This document shows, one piece after another, positions 32,203 through 38,619 of a stretch of DNA of 64,000 nucleotides. Numbering within the stretch: the stretch's first letter is position 1; the number at the start of each line of letters is the position of its first letter. The DNA is taken from assembly GCF_001677475.2 (NCBI RefSeq), contig NZ_CP015229.1. One strand, 5' to 3'. This stretch comes from Escherichia coli. GTDB taxonomy: Bacteria; Pseudomonadota; Gammaproteobacteria; Enterobacterales; Enterobacteriaceae. Position numbers and translations under genes: made by a program. Below the pieces are notes generated by a model that saw only the letters and a program-made list of their open reading frames with translations, searched no databases and had not been told where the DNA came from.

Positions 32203-33066
32203 ATGGCTTGTACTCGTCCTTTGAACGCGTACCAAATGCCATCGGGGAAGATTTTTTTCACGCCGTCACGTGGCGCTAAATTCATTCAGTTGCCCTGTGG
32301 TCAGTGCATCGGTTGCCGTCTTGCTCATTCTCGTGACTGGGCGACCCGCTGCGTTCATGAAGCCCACATGCACGATCACAATTGTTTTATCACTCTGACT
32401 TATTCGCCTGAGAATTTACCTGAAGGCGGTACTCTCGTTCGTAAACATTTCACCGATTTTATGAAGCGTTTGCGTAAGGAATTAGATAAGGATGATGTGA
32501 AAATTCGTTATTTTGGCTGTGGTGAATATGGCTCTAAATTAGAGCGACCGCATTATCATGCGATTATTTTTGGTTATGATTTTCCGGATAAGACACTTTA
32601 TAAAGCGGGAAGATTTAATTTATTTAATTCCCCGCTTCTTTCGAGATGTTGGAATCTTGGTTGGGCTGTTATTGCTGGTTTTAGTTTTGAGTCGGCTGCT
32701 TATGTGGCGCGATACTGTGTTAAAAAAATCAACGGTTTCCGTGCAGATGAGCATTATGGACATCGCCTACCCGAGTTTTCGGCTATGAGTAATCGCCCAG
32801 GTATTGGGTATGATTTTTTTATGACCTATTACGAGGATATTGTTAATGCAGATGCGTGTATTGGTCGTGGCGGTCGTCAGATAAAACCGCCCCGCTATTA
32901 TGACAAGTTATTATCAGGCTGTGATTTGGAAAAGTTGCAGCAGAATAAAGAAAAGCGCCAGTTAAATGCCCGTGTATTAGACCCGTGGCGTTTGCAGGAT
33001 TTGGATAAGTTTAATCTGGTTAAATTCCAGCGAATGATGAGGAAATTAGAAGATGGCTCACTCTGA
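32203..33066 (+). CDS. Replication initiation protein (VP4, rolling-circle HUH endonuclease)
   Basis: Track ORF 32080..33066 trimmed to MACTRPLNAYQ… (287 aa) with GGAGG 6 nt upstream. Rolling-circle motifs: FITLTY, HYHAIIF (HUH), AAYVARYCVKK (catalytic Tyr pair), plus CGQCIGC. Confidence 0.9.
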   Translation: MACTRPLNAYQMPSGKIFFTPSRGAKFIQLPCGQCIGCRLAHSRDWATRCVHEAHMHDHNCFITLTYSPENLPEGGTLVRKHFTDFMKRLRKELDKDDVKIRYFGCGEYGSKLERPHYHAIIFGYDFPDKTLYKAGRFNLFNSPLLSRCWNLGWAVIAGFSFESAAYVARYCVKKINGFRADEHYGHRLPEFSAMSNRPGIGYDFFMTYYEDIVNADACIGRGGRQIKPPRYYDKLLSGCDLEKLQQNKEKRQLNARVLDPWRLQDLDKFNLVKFQRMMRKLEDGSL

Positions 33067-33322
33067 TGCAGTTTATGTAATTCATGACAAGCTGATTGCG
33101 GCTGATGTTTTTATGTTTATGGCCCAGCATGATGGTATTGCGAAAGGCAATTTGCACGCGTTCTGTAACCGTATGCAGCGCACTGACTTTGTGCTGTACC
33201 GTGTGACGGCTTATGACTTTGAAGACCAGCAGCTCGTCCCCGTGGACATTGACCGCGTTTATATTTGCACCGCTTTCCCTGCCATGCTGGAGAATGCCCA
33301 AGATGAAATCCTTGAAGCGTAA
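33053..33322 (+). CDS. Small phage protein, VP5-like
   Basis: 89-aa ORF overlapping the VP4 3' end and the VP3 start; assigned by size and position in the gokushovirus gene order, not by motif. Confidence 0.6.
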   Translation: MAHSDAVYVIHDKLIAADVFMFMAQHDGIAKGNLHAFCNRMQRTDFVLYRVTAYDFEDQQLVPVDIDRVYICTAFPAMLENAQDEILEA

Positions 33323-33815
33323 GTTCCATACCCGCTATGACCCGCCGCCGTCGCCCGGCATCGAGTTCAAAGAACCCACGATGACCCAGCAGCATTTCCG
33401 CGATGAGTGCGACATCAACAAGATTGTTGAGCGTGCGATAAGAACGGGAGATACGACAGTCTTTACCAGTGCTCAACGTGCTGATTTCTACGATGCATCT
33501 TCGATTACTGACTACGTGGACGCAATGGCTTTAATTGACGACGTTAACGACGACTTTAACAGCCTGCCGTCCACGATTCGCTCGATGTTTGGTAATAACG
33601 TTAAGCAGTACGTTGAGTGGATGAGTAATCCCGCGAACTGGAATAAAGCCCGTGAGCTTGGATTGTTGAGCGGCGGAGAGGAGTCGGCGACCGAACGCGC
33701 CAGCGTTCGCGAGTCGAGTCCTGCTCCGGCGTCCCCGCGGGAGCGTGAGCGGACTTCGGAGAGTTCCCCGAAGGGGGAGTCGGAGAAGTCTGCGAATAAT
33801 GATGCAGGCTCATGA
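33303..33815 (+). CDS. Internal scaffolding protein, VP3-like
   Basis: ORF 33213..33815; likely start MKSLKRKFHTRYDPPPSPGIEF… (33303, or 33294); acidic Ser/Glu-rich C-terminus. Assigned by position and size. Confidence 0.6.
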   Translation: MKSLKRKFHTRYDPPPSPGIEFKEPTMTQQHFRDECDINKIVERAIRTGDTTVFTSAQRADFYDASSITDYVDAMALIDDVNDDFNSLPSTIRSMFGNNVKQYVEWMSNPANWNKARELGLLSGGEESATERASVRESSPAPASPRERERTSESSPKGESEKSANNDAGS

Positions 33816-33855
33816 GCTGCATGAAAAAAACCTGAAGACGGCTCCGGCCCTTCAG

Positions 33856-33892
33856 CCTGGCACAGTGGCCCTCTTGATGTAACTGTGCCAGG
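33856..33892 (+). repeat. 11-bp perfect stem-loop in the VP3-VP1 intergenic region
   Basis: cctggcacagt-(15 nt)-actgtgccagg. Confidence 0.8.
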
Positions 33893-33904
33893 TGACACCG
33901 AAAC

Positions 33905-33932
33905 TTACAGGCGGCTCCCACGAAGCCTGTAA
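33905..33932 (+). repeat. 8-bp stem-loop in the VP3-VP1 intergenic region
   Basis: ttacaggc-(12 nt)-gcctgtaa. Confidence 0.75.
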
Positions 33933-33992
33933 AAAGGTGTCAGTTTATACAGTAGTTTGTGTAGTATTTAAACAATTCCCTGAGGGGGGTTT

Positions 33993-35705
33993 ATGAGTAA
34001 ATTCGGTCGTAAAGTACCTAGTAATGCAAAAAGTCAGCATAATTTTTCAGTAATCCCGAGTGCCAATATTCAGCGTTCGGTCTTTAACCGCAGCTCTGGT
34101 TATAAAACCACTTTTGACGCTGGTTATTTGATTCCCGTGTTTCTGGATGAGGCTTTGCCGGGTGATACATTCCACCTGAAAACGTCCATACTGGCGCGTT
34201 TATCCACGCCAGTGGTGCCGTTTATGGATAACCTGCGACTGGACATCCAGTATTTTTCCGTGCCCTACCGTCTGGTCTGGGATAACTGGCAGAAATTCAA
34301 CGGTGAACAGAAGAATCCTGGCGATTCGACGGATTACCTTATTCCGCAGATTAAAGCCCCTGCTGGCGGCTTCCCTGTAGGCTCCCTTGCCGATTATTTT
34401 GGTGTTCCCACAGGTGTGGAGAATATCAGTGTAAGCGCCCTGCCGTTCCGCGCTTATAACCTGATTTATAACGAGTGGTATCGTGATGAAAACCTGATTA
34501 ATTCCGCCCCGCTTCCGCTTGGCGATGAGGAAGAAACAGGCCTCGCCAATTTCCCGCTGCGTAAGCGTGCCAAGCGTCACGATTACTTCACAAGTGCTCT
34601 GCCGTGGCCTCAGAAGGGTGAAGGCGTTGAGATTGGTTTAGGCGTTCCGCCGTCGTATACGCTCGATTTCCCGACCTATCCTGATGGTCTGCCGTTTGTT
34701 TCTTATGGCGTTGGTGTCGATGGAGATATGACTTCGCACAATCCGACTTATCTTGCCCGTAATAATGTTAACGAAGGCTCATCATACGAGGCCTATGGTA
34801 ATGCGGTTTATATGAGTGACGGCAGGAATCCCAGCAATCCGCTGGAATGGCCTCCTATGTCGCCCTCCACTGGACGTATTGATGTTATTGGTGGTTTTAG
34901 CAGAAACCAGCCTCCGGTTACGTTAAATAAGCAAGGTGGTGAAGTTGTCGATAATCTGACAATTAACTCGCTGCGTCAGGCGTTCCAGCTTCAGCGGCTG
35001 CTTGAGCGCGATGCTCGCGGTGGTACTCGCTATATTGAGATTATCCGCTCCCACTTTGGCGTTATTTCGCCTGATGCCCGTGTACAGCGTCCCGAGTATC
35101 TCGGCTCTGGTTCATTCGACATAAATATTAATCCTGTTCTTCAAAACTCCGCGACGACCGACGCAAGTCCGCAAGGCAACCTCGCGGCCTATGGTGTCTC
35201 CGGTGGTGTTAACCGTGGATTTTCTCATTCTTTTGTGGAGCACTGTTTTGTTATTGGCCTTGTTAGCGTTCGTGCTGACCTGACCTACCAGCAAGGCATC
35301 CCGCGCATGTTCTCCCGCCAGACCCGCTTTGATTTCTACTGGCCTGCACTGGCTCACCTGGGCGAACAGGCTATCCTTAACAAGGAGATTTACGCGCAAG
35401 GCAACGACAAGGATGATGAAGTATTTGGCTACCAGGAACGTTACGCGGAGTACCGCTACCGACCGTCTCAGATTACTGGTAAATTGCGTTCTACCGACCC
35501 GCAATCCCTCGATGTGTGGCATTTAGCCCAGCGGTTCGACTCTCTGCCCGCACTGAATCAGGAGTTTATCGAGGAGAATCCACCGATGAAGCGCGTCCTC
35601 GCCGTACAGGACGAGCCTCAGTTCATCATGGATGCGTTCTTCGACCTGAAGTGTGTGCGGCCTATGCCTGTTTACTCAGTACCAGGTCTTATCGATCATT
35701 TCTAA
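33993..35705 (+). CDS. Major capsid protein (VP1, Microviridae F-protein family)
   Basis: 570-aa ORF MSKFGRKVPSNAKSQHNFSVIPSANIQRSVFNRSSGYKTTFDAGYLIPVFLDEALPGDTF…, closely resembling the conserved N-terminal block of gokushovirus VP1 (recalled Chlamydia-phage pattern …IQRS.F.RS.G.KTTFDAGYLIP…PGDTF…); RBS GAGGGGGG. Confidence 0.9.
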   Translation: MSKFGRKVPSNAKSQHNFSVIPSANIQRSVFNRSSGYKTTFDAGYLIPVFLDEALPGDTFHLKTSILARLSTPVVPFMDNLRLDIQYFSVPYRLVWDNWQKFNGEQKNPGDSTDYLIPQIKAPAGGFPVGSLADYFGVPTGVENISVSALPFRAYNLIYNEWYRDENLINSAPLPLGDEEETGLANFPLRKRAKRHDYFTSALPWPQKGEGVEIGLGVPPSYTLDFPTYPDGLPFVSYGVGVDGDMTSHNPTYLARNNVNEGSSYEAYGNAVYMSDGRNPSNPLEWPPMSPSTGRIDVIGGFSRNQPPVTLNKQGGEVVDNLTINSLRQAFQLQRLLERDARGGTRYIEIIRSHFGVISPDARVQRPEYLGSGSFDININPVLQNSATTDASPQGNLAAYGVSGGVNRGFSHSFVEHCFVIGLVSVRADLTYQQGIPRMFSRQTRFDFYWPALAHLGEQAILNKEIYAQGNDKDDEVFGYQERYAEYRYRPSQITGKLRSTDPQSLDVWHLAQRFDSLPALNQEFIEENPPMKRVLAVQDEPQFIMDAFFDLKCVRPMPVYSVPGLIDHF

Positions 35706-35722
35706 GTTACATTGTCACTTTT

Positions 35723-35745
35723 GGCCTCTGCGGAGGCCTTTTTTT
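35723..35745 (+). terminator. Intrinsic terminator/attenuator after the capsid gene
   Basis: ggcctc-tgcg-gaggcc followed by TTTTTTT. Confidence 0.7.
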
Positions 35746-35759
35746 CATGAGGTGAAATT

Positions 35760-36542
35760 ATGGGCTTTTTATCATCTGCCATTGGTGCCGCTGGTTCTAT
35801 TGCCGGCTCCCTGCTTGGTGCGAACTCTGCGAAGGATTCAGCTAACCGTGCCAATAAGTTAACGATGGATTTGGCCAAAAACGGCATCCAGTACCGTGTG
35901 CAGGATTTACGGAAAGCTGGCCTTAACCCCATTCTGGCCGTTACTGGTTCCGGTGGTCTTGGTTCCGTCAGTTCGTCAGGTATTCAGGCCGCCCAGCCTG
36001 CCGATTTTTCTGGTGTGGTTAATTCTGCGGTCAGCGTATTTGACGCATTAACGAAGCGTCAGCAGCAGGAAGTCGCTAAGGAAGGCATCATGTCCCAGAT
36101 TGCGTTACAACGTAACCAGATTGCGAATAGCGCGGCTGATGTGAAGCTCAAAGAGGCTCAGGCTGCGCAAGCCTTATCTTCCATTTCTACTGGTAATGCC
36201 CAGACTAATTTGATTAATCAGCAGGCTTTGACCGAGGCTTCCCGCCGTGCCAATATTGAAGCACAGACGGGCCTTAGTTCTGCGCAGCGGATTAGAACAC
36301 AGTATCAAACTGTACAGGACAAGGTTTTGGCTGATTATTTGAATACACCGATTGGAGCTGAAAGTGCACGTGTCAATATGGATGCTTCTCGCGGTGGTAT
36401 CGTTGGCGGCGTTAATACTTTTCTGCGTTCTTTGCAACGTGATTACCCGTCTAACTCGAACTCTGCGAAGAAAGTAAACAAGGGGGGAACCTTCCCCCCT
36501 TCACAGTTCCAACAGCAATTGATTAATAACTATCGGAGGTAA
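35760..36542 (+). CDS. Minor capsid / DNA pilot protein (VP2-like)
   Basis: 260-aa ORF with Gly/Ala/Ser-rich N-terminus (MGFLSSAIGAAGSIAGSLLGANSA…) and Gln/Ala-rich predicted coiled region; RBS GAGGTG; position after VP1. Confidence 0.7.
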   Translation: MGFLSSAIGAAGSIAGSLLGANSAKDSANRANKLTMDLAKNGIQYRVQDLRKAGLNPILAVTGSGGLGSVSSSGIQAAQPADFSGVVNSAVSVFDALTKRQQQEVAKEGIMSQIALQRNQIANSAADVKLKEAQAAQALSSISTGNAQTNLINQQALTEASRRANIEAQTGLSSAQRIRTQYQTVQDKVLADYLNTPIGAESARVNMDASRGGIVGGVNTFLRSLQRDYPSNSNSAKKVNKGGTFPPSQFQQQLINNYRR

Positions 36543-36543
36543 T

Positions 36544-36663
36544 ATGGCTCGTTCTCGCCGTCGTATGTCCAAGCGTTCTTCCCGTCGTTCGTTCCGTAAG
36601 TACGCAAAGACGCATAAACGTAACTTTAAAGCCCGCTCTATGCGTGGTGGAATTCGTCTTTGA
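36544..36663 (+). CDS. Small basic DNA-binding protein (VP8 / J-like), absent from the ORF track
   Basis: ATG at 36544, stop TGA 36661..36663; translation MARSRRRMSKRSSRRSFRKYAKTHKRNFKARSMRGGIRL (39 aa, roughly 40% Arg/Lys). Confidence 0.7.
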   Translation: MARSRRRMSKRSSRRSFRKYAKTHKRNFKARSMRGGIRL

Positions 36664-36693
36664 TTGACAAAGTTGATCGTAACGATCTATGAT
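36664..36693 (+). promoter_or_regulatory. Putative sigma70 promoter at the prophage right end
   Basis: TTGACA (36664..36669), 18-bp spacer, TATGAT (36688..36693); the spacer contains GATCGTAACGATC with two GATC sites. Pattern match only. Confidence 0.35.
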
Positions 36694-36716
36694 AATTATC
36701 GTAAGTCGTTGTTTTT

Positions 36717-36744
36717 GTTAAACTAAATATACATTATGCGCACC
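36717..36744. other. dif-like site, right junction (attR): phage-like degenerate XerD arm, host-like XerC arm
   Basis: GTTAAACTAAA-TATACA-TTATGCGCACC; XerD arm 7 of 11, central region 6 of 6, XerC arm 11 of 11 versus dif. Confidence 0.8.
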
Positions 36745-36820
36745 AACATAAACCAAGGGAGAATCCAGTCGTTGGCGGTCATGATTGTCCTGCTCATTAA
36801 CAACGGCCAAACCCCATATC

Positions 36821-38143
36821 TTACTTAATACCGTATTCTCGGCTTAACCGACGGTGCAACCTCAACACATTGGTTTCAACTGCCGTCACCACGTTCTTCG
36901 GAAAATCTGTCGGTAATGAAGTCTTCACGTTATCCAGTGCTGCCGGAATCATTCTGGCAAAGTCACTCAGGATTTCATGCATCTGCACTTCCGGAAATTT
37001 CAGCACCTTTGCTGTCGCCAGAAAATGTCGCGGATAAATTTTATCGATTGCCGTTTTTTTGCCTTTGGATGAGTTAAGCCCCATTGCCAGTTTGAGATCG
37101 CTAATGTGTATTCCTGCGCCACCCAATACCGGAAATGCTGAAATGATGTCGTAAAATGGCGTGAGTCGATAACTGCCGCCAGCCTGAATAAATACGGAGA
37201 AGTTTTTTGCATGGCCATCCGTTGCGCCAATCAACCACTGGAACACCTGAAACTTCATAAAATCATAGCGATCTTTCAGCGCCTCGCTGGACCCCATCAA
37301 AAAAGCCATGATCCGCGCGATACCTGGGCCTCCATCTGATTCATATTTCACCGATGAAGGTAAACCGAATGTCTGACACATATCCTCCTGTGGCAAGCGA
37401 AGTAAAACCGTTCGCTCAGCATTCCAACGCCTGTCAAAACGTTCGACCGCTAACGCACGCACATTTCCCGCTTTAATGATTTCTGCGTCCGGCACATTCA
37501 ACCCAAGTTCTTTCGCCAGCAGCAGACAGTAATACTCATTATCAACGCTTTGGCTGAGATCGAGCGTCGCATTGGGCTGCCTGATTTCGCCAATCGGTAA
37601 TTTAATGATGTGTGTCGTCGGCGTTATTCCTTTCGGAATGCACCAGTCATTGCCTATTCTGAGCAGCGCTGTCTTCTCCTGCGCGCCAGCAACCGAGATG
37701 CGAAAGTCATTTTCTTCTCTAATCATGCCTAGAGGGATATCTGCTTTATAAGCCGTTAATACTTCTTCAAGCCTGGCTTCAGTGAGCTGCTCCCATGCCA
37801 TTATCGGGCGCGTTATGGTTTCATTTTCGGGTAATAACGTTACGGCACCAACGCTGTCTCGCCCTATTTCTGACAATAAATCAAACGGTTGTCTGGATTT
37901 AGCATGATAACGTTTAACGATCCGGTCACGTACAATCGGGCTATCGGGTAGCAGGTTATCGAAGAAGTTAAATACGGCATCAGAGGTGATATTCCCCCTC
38001 TGCAATGGCAGCGAAAGTGACAACGGTCTGGCATAACGGTTAGCTAACCACTCCGGTGCATACTTAAAGGTGTGCGCGCCATTGGCTAACTTCGTTAACT
38101 CGCCTACCCGCTGGTTGTTCATCCAAGTGACAAGTTTAGGCAT
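36821..38143 (-). CDS. hipA: Ser/Thr kinase toxin HipA
   Basis: ORF 36821..38200 trimmed to MPKLVTWMNNQRVGELTKLANGAHTFKYAPEWL… (440 aa); start overlaps the hipB stop by 1 nt. Confidence 0.92.
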   Translation of the reverse strand: MPKLVTWMNNQRVGELTKLANGAHTFKYAPEWLANRYARPLSLSLPLQRGNITSDAVFNFFDNLLPDSPIVRDRIVKRYHAKSRQPFDLLSEIGRDSVGAVTLLPENETITRPIMAWEQLTEARLEEVLTAYKADIPLGMIREENDFRISVAGAQEKTALLRIGNDWCIPKGITPTTHIIKLPIGEIRQPNATLDLSQSVDNEYYCLLLAKELGLNVPDAEIIKAGNVRALAVERFDRRWNAERTVLLRLPQEDMCQTFGLPSSVKYESDGGPGIARIMAFLMGSSEALKDRYDFMKFQVFQWLIGATDGHAKNFSVFIQAGGSYRLTPFYDIISAFPVLGGAGIHISDLKLAMGLNSSKGKKTAIDKIYPRHFLATAKVLKFPEVQMHEILSDFARMIPAALDNVKTSLPTDFPKNVVTAVETNVLRLHRRLSREYGIK

Positions 38144-38409
38144 TACCACTCCAGATCTTGCTGTTCTGTTGATTCTGGCGAGGCATTTTTCGTGTCGCAT
38201 AGCGTCATTGAGAGTTCAAGCGACTGTAAAATCTTAAAAAATGTCGTGAGCGTGGTATTGTCAGGGTTGTTTTCGAAATTGGAAATTGTCGCCTGCTTAA
38301 TACCGATTTTTTTCGCCAGCTCGCTCTGCGTCCAGCCATTTTGCTGACGAACCAGTTTCATTGCATTCGCTAATTGCGTTGGGCTATAAATCTTCTGAAA
38401 GCTCATCAT
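38143..38409 (-). CDS. hipB: Antitoxin and HTH repressor HipB
   Basis: ORF 38143..38427 trimmed to MMSFQKIYSPTQLANAMKLVRQQNGWTQSELAKKIGIKQATISNFENN… (88 aa). Confidence 0.9.
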   Translation of the reverse strand: MMSFQKIYSPTQLANAMKLVRQQNGWTQSELAKKIGIKQATISNFENNPDNTTLTTFFKILQSLELSMTLCDTKNASPESTEQQDLEW

Positions 38410-38430
38410 GTCATACGTCCATAGCAAATT

Positions 38431-38544
38431 TATCCGCTCAAGGGGATATTATCAGTTTTATCCTTTAGTGGGGATAAAGTCAATCAGGAAACACATTTTA
38501 TCCGCTCTACGGGATAAACGCTGCGATATCCGCGATCGCGGATA
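38431..38544. promoter_or_regulatory. Four HipB operators upstream of hipBA
   Basis: TATCC-N8-GGATA at 38431..38448 (TATCCGCTCAAGGGGATA), 38459..38476 (TATCCTTTAGTGGGGATA), 38499..38516 (TATCCGCTCTACGGGATA) and 38527..38544 (TATCCGCGATCGCGGATA). Confidence 0.9.
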
Positions 38545-38619
38545 AAAAGGAGAATTTAAAAGTCGTTTGAAGTCGGCAATATTAAGCCGCATGCCATCTC
38601 TACATGCGGCTTATACGGT

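Larger units (their letters stand above)
32142..36744 (+). mobile_element. Microviridae (Gokushovirinae-like) ssDNA prophage integrated at dif; integrase-less, presumed XerCD-dependent (IMEX)
   Basis: About 4.6 kb between two direct dif-like 28-mers; six co-oriented genes including a rolling-circle Rep and a Microviridae major capsid protein; no recombinase gene. Confidence 0.9.

Noticed and set aside
33020-35522. Minus-strand ORFs inside the prophage (33020..33301, 33117..33476, 33512..33898, 33601..33921, 34200..34580, 35112..35522)
   Set aside because: They are antisense to well-supported phage genes, and Microviridae encode all genes on one strand; treated as shadow ORFs.
36673-36685. 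GATCGTAACGATC near-palindrome as an independent regulatory site
   Set aside because: Only a 5-bp stem; it sits inside the putative promoter spacer and is reported there (two Dam sites) rather than separately.
32142-36744. Tyrosine or serine integrase, transposase or IS element associated with the prophage
   Set aside because: None of the six phage ORFs resembles a recombinase; there are no inverted terminal repeats or target-site duplication other than the dif-like sites, hence the XerCD-dependent interpretation.
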